A stretch of DNA of 64,000 nt from the human T2T-CHM13v2.0 reference genome, Homo sapiens, in assembly GCF_009914755.1 (NCBI RefSeq), contig NC_060932.1; one strand, written 5' to 3'. The position numbers and the translations under genes were made by a program. A model generated the notes under the pieces. The model was not told the DNA's origin, did no database searches, and saw only the letters and a program-made list of their open reading frames with translations. This document shows, piece after piece, positions 1 through 20,488 of the stretch (within the stretch, counting starts at the first letter, position 1; the number at the start of each line of letters is the position of its first letter).

Positions 1-299
1 GATTTGCTTCAATAGTAAAACCACATCTGAAAAAACAGCTGAAATTGGAGTCACAAGTTAAGTTTTTGGTGATAACTATGATTCACTGGGATTTATTTGT
101 CTTCTGCCCAGGCCAAGTGAGTGAGTTAAATGGGGATGTGCTGGGAATCACCAGCCCTACATATTTCAAGTCCTCAGTGCTGGCACTAATCTCTGCAGTC
201 TCTTGAAATGTGGTATCACTTTTTGTTTATTATTTAGGTAGACAGAGGCAGTTCCAGTGGCTTCTAAGTAGTCTTTTCTACCGTAATCACCCTCACTCC

Positions 300-426
300 A
301 CGGGCAAAAATATTGAGAGTGGTTTAGTGAGGCAGTGGTGGCTTAGGATCTCTCATGAGATTACAATCAAGGTGTTGGTAGGGACTTCAGTCATATGAAG
401 GCTGGACCGGGGCTAGAGGATCTGCT
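300..426 (-). mobile_element. MLT1-family (ERVL-MaLR) LTR fragment
   Basis: Motif ggatctctcatgagattacaatcaagg...cagtcatatgaaggctggaccggggctagaggatctgct resembles MLT1F/G/H/J consensus. Confidence 0.6.
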
Positions 427-2394
<1,968 letters not shown>

Positions 2395-3309
2395 CAGGGT
2401 GGTGGTTTTTTTTTTTTTTTTTTTTAAAGGAATTAGTAAAAGAAACTCGTCTCCAAATGTTTAACAAAATTCTAGTAATTCCTAAAAACGCCCTGCTCAT
2501 TGTCTCTGTCTTTGAATTCACTTTGTACCTGCATTTTAATGGCCTTAAAAGCACAGATCTTGGCCAATCTATGCACAAGAGGGGGAAAATGTCGAGTTAA
2601 CAAGCATATTGTATTGTCTCTGTTTACATCATTCCAAAGCGGGCTCTAAATCTTTACATCAGTTGAAGTTTTTCATTATGTAGAATTTGTTTTTCTTCCA
2701 TATCTATTGTGTATATATTTAGTGAGTGAAGATCAGGATCGGGGTGGGGGGTGTTGTGTATGTGTGTGTGTGATATTCTAATGAAAGTTTGTTTCCATGT
2801 ACACATGGGAGTGTAGCTTTTATGTAATAAAGATGGTCTTTGACAAAAGAAGTGAGGTTAGCCTGTAAGGTCAACCAGTTCTCTGCAATTTGTTAAAATA
2901 TAGTCAAATTTAGGAAGATACAAGAGTAGACACGCTGCCTGCCATAATTTCTAATTTGCAATGAAGCTGTACTTAAATCTTGGGACTGTTGAACAGAGAC
3001 TACTAAATTCAATCTTCTATGTAATGAAAGAGAAAAGAAGAGAAATGAAGTGCAAAGAGATTGTAGAAATCAGTATTTGCACCAAACACTGAAAAGCCAG
3101 TGTAGATGAATGATGAAGAGGGACCCAGAGGGTTTGTGTGGGCAGCTAATGGGGCAGGACGTGCTGATTTGCAGCATCTGCAGTGTGATTTCTGCACTGG
3201 GATCAGACACTCTAGGTTTCCATCCTAGAGTTGTTTTCAGATCAGTCTTCGAAGTGAAACCAGCAGCCTTTGCCACTCTCTGGTCCTATCCTACGTCTTT
3301 ATTTCCCGT

Positions 3310-3580
3310 TTCCCACATTGTATGATTATTAGTGTATGTCTGCTTTTATCCACTAGATTTTCATAACTTTAAGGGCAGAGATTGTGGTGTGCCTGCCTGC
3401 CTTCCTGCCTGTCTTCCTCCCTTCCTCCCTTCCTCCTTTCCTCCCTTCTTTCCTTCTCTCCTTCTCTCCTTCTCGCCTGCCTTCCTTTGTTTTAAAACCA
3501 CTGTACACATTGTCTACTTGCATGTCTGGCACAGAAGAAACTCTTAATAGGTTTCTTGAATAAATGAATGAATGATTGGT
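3310..3580 (+). mobile_element. L2 3' end containing a (CCTG/CCTT)n repeat
   Basis: ccactagatt...agggcagagattgtg...tctggcacagaag...ttgaataaatgaatgaatga tail. Confidence 0.7.
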
Positions 3581-4267
3581 GACATGTGTTATATATAAAT
3601 ATACACATATGTGTACATATTGTATATAATTATATGTATATACTGATTGGTATTCTATTATTAGTTTTGTGTAATTGTTTTTGTGCAACTGCTTTATCTC
3701 TATGTAATACATGCTTTTCTTTTACTAAATATGTACAATTTTATTAAATATTTGCAAAGTTAGTTACTTTCAAAGCACTACTTTTCGAGAGAAAATTAAT
3801 CAGTTTTCCCTTTTCTGTAGTGTTACCTTCCAGCTTATTTGAATGAGCTTGATAATTTTTATGGGTTTTCTGGAAGTACAGCAGAGTCCAATTTTTCATC
3901 ATTGTACTTTCTAATAATTTGTAGTATAAAATTAAACTGTCGAGCAATCAAAGTACACTGACAATCTTAAAGTCAACACTGAACAAAATGATTGCAACTA
4001 ATTCATCTTTCTTTAGTTCCTGACTTCCAATTGATATTTCAGAATGACTTATTTATTTATTTGCTCAAATTTAAGGTCCAGTTTTGAGAAAATTTTAATA
4101 TGCCAATTGTCACATTCACTAAAACAAGAGTGAATACTTTGCAGCTTTTTGAAGTCAAAGGATCTTCTAGAAAAAATGAGCAGCTGTCAAAAATGAACAT
4201 TCTTGCAAAACAGCTATTATTTATAACTGTGCCAAAAAAAGTTATCTCATTTCTTCCCTGAGTTATT

Positions 4268-9118
<4,851 letters not shown>

Positions 9119-11205
9119 TTGTCTTCTACGGTCTTTGTAAGACTATGCAGGTTTATCTTCGAGGCATTTTAAATACAATGACCAAGTTTCCCAGTTGCCA
9201 TAATTTAATTCCCAGTCACTCTGCTGCAATAGATCTTTTTTTTTAAAAAGAAAAGCTATAAATAAGGAAAATGTTTTAAGTGTTAGAAGACAATTATGAT
9301 AGTAATTTGTCTTTCTTAAAATTCATAACTCAAAATTAATTAATGTCTGAGTTATGGCTAGTGCTTAAGACTCCAAGTAATACAATGGAGTTGGAAAATT
9401 ACAATCATTTATGGACATTTCTTAAATAGCTCAATCCTGTTGGCAGTTTGAGATAAGAATTAGAAATGTTTTCAGATGAAACTGCTGATTGTCTTCAAGA
9501 TATCTACTGAAAATTATGGAGTCATTCAAATATAGTCTATGAAATCGCTGAAACCTGAAGAGAGTGTTAAAGTGGGCCAACTGGATGAGTTAATAGATGG
9601 GGTCTGGGTCAGAGTTAGGGAACTGGGGTTTCTGGACCCAGGTTTACCATTTTACATGGTTAGAATGTAATGTACCCATGCTCTAAAGTGCACATCTAAC
9701 ACACACGGTTCATAAATATTAGCTGTCTCTAACCCTCTCTCAGTGAACCAATGAGGCTAAAAAAGAAAACATATCCAAAAACTCCAAAAGGAGAAAATTG
9801 TGTAAACCGAAGTTAACCAACTAACCTATGAATTCTGAGATTTATCTTCACTCAAAGTTTTACTTAATGATAGACAAAAAGACTAGGACACACTTTTGTT
9901 TGTTTGTTTTACAAAATGCCTATAAAAGTTATGTCACCCCAAAGGCCATAATGTCCCTTTATACTCCTCCAGAGGCGGTTGCATGCCTATGTAAGCTATC
10001 TTTTACCTCTATTTGAGGATGAAAAAGTAAATTTTTCTAATTAGAGGAGAGTGACATAACTGATACATGTGTGTGTATGTGCATGTATGTATGTATGTAT
10101 AGCAGCTATTCATATCAGTATTTGTGCACCCCAGAGAAGAAATGAAACATTCCTTTCAGCTCCTCAATCATTCATGAATAACACTAATTAGAAAAAAGAC
10201 AACCTGGGCTGCAAAGGCCAGCTCTGTTTTTGCCCCCACGTTCCTCTGATCAACATCAATTCCCCTCCATCTAAGTCTTTGGATTTTGGGTAAGCATAAT
10301 TTGATGATAATGATTATGGTCATCATCATTTTCCCCAAGATCTGGCATCTTCAATGCTATGGAAACTAAATTGAAGTTTGGGGATTTTGAGTTTCCCACC
10401 CACCTCACTGCATTGTTTTCTCTGAAGAGAAATATGTTTCAGTTCTGAGACAGCTGTTCCAGGGGATCACAGATCACAATGCTCAGTCATGGCTGCTGAG
10501 ATATCAAATATTCAAAACATTGCTAGGAGTATGGACTATTTGAACAATACAACACACAAACTTCATTTATTGCACGTATGTAAAGCCATGAACTTAACAA
10601 TGTACAGTCGTCTCAAGAACACATGAAGCATTTATAAAAATAACAATATAAAGAACTCATGAAGCAAGTCACAACAAATTTCAAAAAAATCAGTGCCATA
10701 GGCCATGATGATGAATTAAATTATTCACTGAGAATCAAAAGAGAAATAGAAAATCTGTATACATTTTGAGTTAAAAATTACAAATCTACACAACTGTAAT
10801 TGAAAGAAGTTGCAATTGAGGTTAAAAATACCTAGATCTGAACCCTAAAGGGTTCATAAAGGCATGGAATGCAGCAAATATATTCTTACAGAAAAATGTC
10901 TGGGTTTAAATTTCATGTTAGAAGAAAGGAAGGGGAAGAAGAAAGAAAAATCAGATAACCTAGTAATTACAAGGAAAGTTGGAGGAGCAAACAGACATTT
11001 AGGAATGAGAACCATCAAGGCTATAAGTTGGTACTTTGATAACATAAATAAAACAGAAAAGCACTAGTGATGTTAATTGGAAAATAAGAAGCAAGAAGAT
11101 ATAAATTAACATTAGGAATGAAAAAGGGAAAATAAAAATATCTAGCCAAAATTTTAAAGAAAGCTATTACTATACAACTCAGCCAACAAATTTAAAACCT
11201 TAAGC

Positions 11206-11281
11206 CAGTTTTCTCAATCTTAGCCATATTGCTGTTTAAGTTGAATAATTCTTGGAGAGAGAGAGGTAGAGAGAGAGAGAG

Positions 11282-11331
<50 letters not shown>

Positions 11332-11495
11332 GGTGGGTGGGGCAGAGGACTGCCCTGTACTTTGTAGGGTGTTTAGCAGCATCCTTGGCCTCTATTCACT
11401 GGTTGCCAATAGCACCCAAAACTCACCCACAATTGTCTAAAAATGTGGCTAAATGTCCCTGGGAAACAAAAATCACCCCTGGGTGAGAACCACTG
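11206..11495 (+). mobile_element. MER20 (hAT-Charlie) with internal (GA)n(GT)n
   Basis: Termini cagttttctcaatc / gagaaccactg; core tgtagggtgtttagcagcatccttggcctct; degenerate 8-bp TSD ccttaagc/acttaaat. Confidence 0.85.
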
Positions 11496-11987
11496 ACTTA
11501 AATAAAATAGGCAACTTCCTAGAAAAATATAACTCACCAAATTCTGCCCAGAAAAAAATAGAAAATTTGAACATTACAGTCCTATAACCATTAAAGAATT
11601 TGAATCAGTGGTTTAATATTCCCAGGAGGGAAGCACCAGGCCTGAGATTTTACAAGCAGATTCTACCAAACTTTCAAAGTATATAGAAATCTTTCCAGAC
11701 TACAGATAAAGAAGGAATATTTCTCTACTCTTTGAAGCTAGTTTAACCTTGAGAAGAATTGTATGAGAAAGAAAAATTATAGGTCAATCTCATGAATATT
11801 GATACAAATCTTAAATTATTAGCAACTGAATTCAGTTTGCTAATATAATACACAGTGATCAAATTCAGGTTTTTTTCCTAGAATTTTAAAGTCTATCTAG
11901 CATTAGATAATTAATATATCGTTCTTTCCATAAACAAATTGAAGGGAAAATGATCATCTCATTATTTCATTCATATGATATTCTCCA

Positions 11988-12296
<309 letters not shown>

Positions 12297-12550
12297 CATA
12301 TGATATTCTCAATAGTTGCTAAAATTTTTTTGATAAAATTAACAAAATTGTAAACAAAGTATGAATAGAATGGATTTGTTTTTTAAACAGTAAAGGGTAG
12401 CTGCTAAAAACTTAGAGTAAACCTATTGAGAATAGAAAGCAGAAAATCATGCTCACTACTTTTACATGGTTAAATGTCTCCAGTACATTCAACGATGTAC
12501 TGGAAACCTTTCAACAATGCACTGGAGACTTTAGCCAGTGCAGTAAGGCA

Positions 12551-12594
12551 AAAATAAATAAAATAAAATAAAATAAAATAAAATAAAATAAAAT
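12551..12594. repeat. (AAAAT)n
   Basis: Seen directly. Confidence 0.9.
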
Positions 12595-15065
12595 GTATGT
12601 ATATTGAAAAGAATGAATAAATATAATTTACAGATGATCTATCTACCTACCTAAGACTCCAGAATAATCTACAAATAAATTAATAGAAATAATAAGGTTG
12701 TCTACCTCTCTGCCTAGATATGAAATGAAATTACACAAATTAATTGTATTCGTGTACGCCAGTAAAAATCAATTAGAAATGTGTGTGATAAAGTAAAAAA
12801 TAGCATTTATAGTAGCCACAGAAAATATAAGGTTTAACTGAACAAATTTAACTAAAAAAGTGTAAAACCTGTATGGTGAAAATTATACAAATTTATCAGA
12901 CGATGTTAACAATTACATAAATAGAGAAACATACCATGCTTGTCACTATGGAGACCCAATATCATTAAGCTATCACATCTCCTCTACATTTTTCTACAGA
13001 TTCAAGCAATCCCTCTCCCAATCTCAGCAGACTTGACTCTAGAATTTACAGGGAAGAACAATGGTCCAAGAAGAGCTAAGATACATTTGCTGAGAAGTTA
13101 GGGGAGTTTCCCTATCAGGTATCAATAATTATTTTACAGTTAGCACAATGAGCACAACATGTCTCAGCACTGGGATCTGCAGGGTGAAAATGCAGCAGCT
13201 CAAAGGGCTTAGTAATGTGCCTAAGTATATGAGGAAACTTGCCATATGACCGAGGCAGGTGGCATCGCTTATTCATATGGAAAAAATGAAATTGATTTGT
13301 CACCTCACATTATGCACACAAATTCTGATGTTTTAATGACTTTAATGTAAAAAGAAAAGTTTCAGAATTCTTAGAAATTAGAGAAAGATTTTTATGACAT
13401 CAGGTCAGGAAAGATTTCTTAAATCAGGCAAAAGATTTTTAACCATGAAGGAAACGGATTGGCACATCTGATTACATTACGATTAAGAATTTTTGTTCAT
13501 CAAAAGAAATCATAAGACTAAACAAAAATAAGCCACATGCACTGAAAGATATTTTCAACATACAAGCAATAAAGAGTAACTATTCAGAATACATAGAGAG
13601 TGTATAAAATCGTAATCTAAAGAGCACTACTCTCTAGAAAAAAAGGTAAAAGACATAGGCATTTTATAGAAAAGGAAATATGAGTGGTCAAAAACATGAA
13701 AATATACTTCCTTATTAGTAGTTAGAAAAATAAAAATTAAAACCAACTGGCTGGCTTAAAATTAAGATTTCTGGTAAATGAGTTGTTAATGATGTGTATC
13801 AACAGGAAGTCTTTTGTACTATTAGTGGGAGTGCAAATTGCTACACCGCTTTGGAAAACAATTTGGCATTATCTTGGAAAGATGAGCACTCATATGCTAC
13901 AGCTCAGCCATTCCACTCCTGGGCTTCTACCAAAGAGAAAGTCTTGCTTGCACTTATGTGTCCCGGGAAACACAAAAAGAATGAACCCAGAATCATTGTT
14001 CCTAGTAGGAAAAACCTGGAAACAACTCAAATGATCATAGCTAGGGAAAAGGACAAATGTTATAAATCTACAAAATGGAATAATCTACAGAAATGAAAAT
14101 GTTTTCATTTGTTTCATTTCAAAGGTTTCATTTGTTTGAACCCACAGCTTCAAACAAAAACTTAGGTCGTTTTTGGAAAAAGAGGAAAAGTAGATTGCAA
14201 TAGTTCATATATGGTGTGACATCGTTTCTATGAAGCTAAAAGTTGAACAGCACTAAATAACATTGCTTAAGTATACAAAAGTGTCTAATAAAGATATATT
14301 AAATAAAAAACGGAGGGCATGATCCACATTGAAGTTGAGATAATGTTGTGGGCAGGCAAGGGAATGAGCTAGGAAAAGAACATGAGTAGATATAAGGTTT
14401 ATGAAATGTTTTAGATTTTATACATTGCGAGAGTGAGTTCATGGGTGTTTGTGGTATTATTATGTTCCATAGCTTATGAATATGTTAGGAATAGTTTTGT
14501 ATATATCATGTATTTAACAATTCTTAAAGTAACCTGAATCATGAGCTTGCGAGGCCAGCATGGCTCTCTTTTTTAAGAGCAAATGCACACAGGCTGATTG
14601 ATAGAATATTGTGTAAGTCATGAAAATTGGGCCTGAAACTAATATGGGAAGAAGATGAAAGCAAGAAAAAATAATTTCTGAGGAAAATCTGGGAGTCTGA
14701 TTTTGCTTTTCCCTACTGGAAGTCCAATTTCACCCTTTTAAACACAAACAAAAGTTGGAAGATTTGTTATATGACTTTGAAGTGTGGTTTAGAACAAACA
14801 CTCCTAGTATGTCTCAGGCAGATAATGAGATATTACCTGTAAATTAAACAATTTTTGTTCCTAGAATACACTGAATTGGAAAGAAAACAAAGTCAGTTGA
14901 TATGTGATTGAGCAAGCATCTCAGCCTTTCTGTGAAAATGGAACTAGGGACATTTCATTACATCCACCACCAAAATGAAAGATGCCTCCAGCCCCACTGA
15001 GATCAAAGTGTGTTACTCTGAATGGACAATGGTAACAATGTCTCATATGTTCAAGAATGGAGAAG

Positions 15066-15073
15066 TGTGTGTA

Positions 15074-15103
<30 letters not shown>
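15066..15103. repeat. (GT)n microsatellite
   Basis: Seen directly. Confidence 0.9.
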
Positions 15104-15104
<1 letters not shown>

Positions 15105-15409
15105 TGGGTCGGGGTGGGTGGACCTGGGGGGAATTTTCTAGGCTTGCAGCTGTGTGATCAATACATCAATGAGATATTGGTGCCTTGTTCTGAAATTTTC
15201 TCATTCAGTTCTCTCATTTGTAGAAATATTTACTTTTTATTTGATCCTGGGACATCTAAACTTCATTGCACGTGCCTGTTTGCCATTTTTTCTGACTTCA
15301 TTCTCCAGATAAAGAACAGGCTTTTGGATTTTGATTTTATCACTTCCAAATTGAGTGATCGTTGGGACATGTTTGTGCCTCAGTAGCAGAGGAGTGAGAA
15401 TACCTGAGT

Positions 15410-15500
15410 CACTGGATTCTTAAGAGGATTAAATGAATTACCACGTGTGAAGTGCTTGGTTCAGTGCCCAGCACACTGTAGGCACTCAATAAATGCATGT
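15410..15500 (+). mobile_element. MIR 3' end
   Basis: gaggattaaatga...gtgaagtgcttggttcagtgcccagcacactgtaggcactcaataaat. Confidence 0.75.
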
Positions 15501-15502
15501 TC

Positions 15503-15794
<292 letters not shown>

Positions 15795-16844
15795 TCACAG
15801 CCAGTCTAGAGAGTGGATCATAGCCTGGGAGATGTGCAGGGGATGTTTGTGATCACATGTAACTGGCATCTTCATTTTAAACACTAAGCTAAGGCTACCC
15901 AGGGTGTCAAGGCTTTGCTGCAGAAAATGTGGCCAGGAGGAGGCCAGCAGAACTAGAACTCCAATGTCATCTCACAGTAGGGCCTGCCTTGCCTTGCTCT
16001 AGTATATGAAAAACTTCTTGTTTCTCCTGGAAGGGGATCAACTTGCTTGTACATATTTGCCTATGTCCATGTGCATGCAATCTGACAATTCACCTGAATG
16101 GCTGATAATTAAAACAGCTCTTAAAGAAAACTTTCTTAAGTCTTATAATTTTATTAATACATTTCGGTTCATTTCTCAGGAGTAATTAGCAATTATATGA
16201 TGGATAGTTTTGCTATAGTAGAGAGCTGAATTTCATTTTTTTCTTTATGAAATACTTCCACTTTATAATTTATTACATATATAATTAATTTCATCTGGCT
16301 TTAAAAATTTGACAATGGCCATATTTCACCCCACTGGTTTATTCTGTACAAATTAGGTTGAATTCCTTTAAAAGTGGTGACAAAAAAGTTGTCTTAAGAA
16401 AAAGGCCACAATGTTCATTTATTCATCTGTAGCTTTTGAGGGAAATATTCCTGGAAAAAATTAAGGAGGTTATCTTTTCCTGTCCTACTTTTCCAAAATA
16501 CTTGGTAAACAAATATTGTCACTATTTTAGGATTCTAGAATTTACACATGGAAAAAGATTTTCAAAGGAAGGTAAATATTTCTCCCCAAAGAAATCTGAA
16601 GCAATGATGTTCTACATAAGTTCACTTCTTTCTAATGTGCCTCAAATGAAGAAAGCATTTTAGAATCACAGAAATACAAAATTTGAATGGATGGAACCCA
16701 AGAAGATGCTTCATCCATCGTTTAACATGTAATTGTCATTGATAGTGGAGAGGAATGAGCATAAAATAATAATGCAGAAATCCCACGCCCAAACTCCCAG
16801 GGAAGGAAACAGTATTTCAAAATTGTTAAAGGTATAAAAACTTC

Positions 16845-17254
<410 letters not shown>

Positions 17255-18137
17255 CCTTCTGTATATATTTTTCATGTCTCTAATTTTGACCCTTTATATG
17301 AGTTGGTATAGATCTTGAAGCTAATACAGCTCACTGTTTCAGAGGCTAGAGAGAAATCTCATAGAGTCTTAGCATTAAATGACATGCAATTGGAAAACAG
17401 TTTTTTTTCAAGGGATGCTAAAGAGACTTGTGCACAGAATTTTAAAACATACTAACCCGAGACAATATAGGTGAAATTATACCTATAATGTCAAATGTGA
17501 GGAACTATGTTTGATGATATTTATGATTATTATCGTCTTCTAGTTCTGTTGATCAGGACATTAGCTTTTATTAATAGATAACATCTCTATTTGAGTACAG
17601 CTTAAAAGCAGCTTGCCAAAGGTCTATTTCTTTCATTTCTATCTAGAGCACAGAAGTCTGTTACAATTATTTTTTCAAAGAGCAAAAATAACATAAATTT
17701 CTTTAAAATGTGAGTGGGATTTGACTGGTATTGCTGATGCATTACCTGGAGGATACAGTCCAGCATGCCTCAGTTACCAGCCCTGAGGGCTTCATCTGCC
17801 CAGGTGGCAATAGCGGTATGCCAACCTGGACATGGTTTATGAACCATTATATTTTTCCACCTAACTACTCTATATTTAGTGTTCTTATTTTATTTAAAAG
17901 CCAGGAAAACATATAGTCTGTTTGTAAATATCAATAATCACTTTTTTTAACTAAAAAGAAGTTAAATTTGTGAATCAGACAACTGCGGGAAGTCCCCACG
18001 ACTTGTGAAACAGATGTACAGAAATTTCACTCACTTTGGAGATAGATGTTTGCAAACAGAATGGGCAAGATTTCTGTTTTTAGTTTAGGTTTATCACCAA
18101 GAAGTATGTTGCAGTCTTAAAAATGTGTGTGAAATTT

Positions 18138-18260
18138 GGGAGAGGTGGCACCTGCCTGTAGTCCCAGCTACAGGAACAGCTAGGATAGGAGGATCACTTG
18201 AGGCCAGGAGTTTGAGACCAGTATAGACAATGTAGTGAGACATCCATCTCTAAAAAATAA
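18138..18260 (+). mobile_element. FLAM-type free Alu monomer
   Basis: Single monomer: gcctgtagtcccagcta...ggatcacttgaggccaggagtttgagacc...catctctaaaaaa. Confidence 0.75.
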
Positions 18261-20331
18261 TTTAACAAGAAATTTATAGAATGAAACAATGAGCTTAATT
18301 AAAATTTGATTTATCCTGCCTGATTTGAGAGATGTTGATAATTTCACCTATAATTCACACTTAATAAATCATCCGATTATTGCTATTTAGAAAATTGCTA
18401 ATATTAAAGTCTCACACATAAGAGTACTTTTAATATAACTATTAAATATATTTTTGTTAATTATATATAGATACTATTTCCCTTTGAATAGCACTAGTTA
18501 TTAAAATTTTTCTACCTCCCATGTGCATTGTTGTTGGTTTTTATTTTGCAGGTTTTATATAAGTCTCACAAAAATGTTTATTAATTTGGAAACAAAAAAG
18601 ATTTATTTCTTAACCTTGGCATATCCCATGTAGAAGTTATCTGATGCCTGAGAATCAAGCTACTTTTATATCTGGAAAACGTGTTGCTTATTATGTATAA
18701 AATAGCATATAAAATGATTATACATTTTAAAAATACAATGTTCTCACCCAAGTGCTCTTATTTCCATTCCTTTCTATTAATAGCCACTTCTGGGGCATAA
18801 ACATTTCTAGTGAGTCCCTGTCCTACTCCCACTGTGCCTACAGAGCAGACTGATATATTCAGAAAGCACGGAGAGGGCGCCAGGACCACAAACTCATGCC
18901 ACTGCTTTGCCTCAGGCTTCCTGCACCATCTGCATGGTCCTAGAAGCCCCTGTGTGCACAGACCCCACCTGATCCATTTAAACACAGGTCAAAGTTGGCC
19001 CTCGTGGCATCATCTCTGGGCACAAACCCCCTCCAGTCCTTACCCCAAAGTGAGCTGGCTAGACTGTGTGATTCTCCACCTCCCATTTGCTATTTACCTC
19101 ATTTACATGTACTTTTTCTCTTTTTAGTATTTTTAATGTATGGAAAATTGTGTGATTAAGGCAACCAAGAGTGTCTGGGCATATGCAGCTTCCTCTCATC
19201 TGGACTCTGCTTTGTGTGCAGAAACTCCAAATATGTGCTATGATCATCTCACTTTTGTGACAAAAAAGAATACATATATTCTGTTTCCACCTTCTTGTCT
19301 TGCCTTTCTTCCAAGGTCTTGCTGACCTATATAAATTTCCTTAATTTATTAATAGTTCATTTTATATCTACTGTCAATATTGGTGTCTTTTCCTCCTCCT
19401 ATTTAACACATCCCCCTCTCAATCTCCTCTTGATTAGCGCTACCCTTTGGAAGCCGAGGGCTTTCTCTTAGTGAGAGAACTATTTTTCAAGTGACTCATG
19501 GTACCACACGTTCTATTTTAAGGCAGGGTGGGCTGGGCCATGTAGGGATAGGGTTGGGGCAGGCTGTTGGGAGGAATAAAAGAACTTCTGGTTGCTAAGC
19601 AACTCATGAACACCTCAGAGTTCACAGATGCCATCCCACGTGACATGTGACCAGAGACTAAGAGTGTAGTCAAGCGTAATGACAGTGATTTATTAGCTTA
19701 AAAAAAAAACAACTGGAATGCTTCTGGTAAGAAATAGCATGCTCTTTCTTCTGTTCCCTTCTCTGAAACCCACAGTTATCAACAAAGAGAACAAGAACTA
19801 CAAACCCACATCTTCAAGAAATAAGGAAGTGGCTAAACCTCCAAAGTACAGCATTTGAACAATACATCCAAATATGGTGAACCTTGACCCAATGGAGGAA
19901 AAACATTGAGAGCCAGGGTATACAGTTCCAGATTTTAAGTAGACTGCAGCAACTACCATTTGGAGAAGGTGGACAGTCCAGGGGAAAACTGGGCACATCC
20001 TTGGTGGGTGAGGCGGGGAGGAGATGAGTAAAGTTTCCTACTGCAGAAAAGCAGAAGGGAAGGTTCAGAAGAGGAATCCCATATTTTCCTAATGTCCTGC
20101 AAACTATCCTCTTTACAATGAGAAATAGTCTGGAGATAAGGGAATGGAAACAGGAGAAAACAACACTCAAGTGCTTAACATACATAGATCTATATGTACA
20201 TACTGCAACACCAGGAACCACATAGATGTCTCTGAGTGAAATGCTCACCCCAAAGTGGGCAGCATACCATGCTTGCAGAGAGACATACCCAGTCACAGGA
20301 AGTAGCAGACATGGTGCATCAGGCCACAAAT

Positions 20332-20333
20332 GA

Positions 20334-20397
<64 letters not shown>

Positions 20398-20488
20398 AGG
20401 AAGGAAGGAAGGAAGGAAGGAAGGAAGGAAGGAAGGAAGGAAGGAAAGAAAGAAAGGAAGGAAAGAAGGAAGGAAGGAAAAAAGAAGA
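20332..20488. repeat. (GAAA)n(GGAA)n compound microsatellite
   Basis: Seen directly. Confidence 0.95.

Noticed and set aside
16432-16663. 75-aa plus-strand ORF with nearby splice-like sites
   Set aside because: TTG start, weak sites, no partner exons and no recognisable homology.
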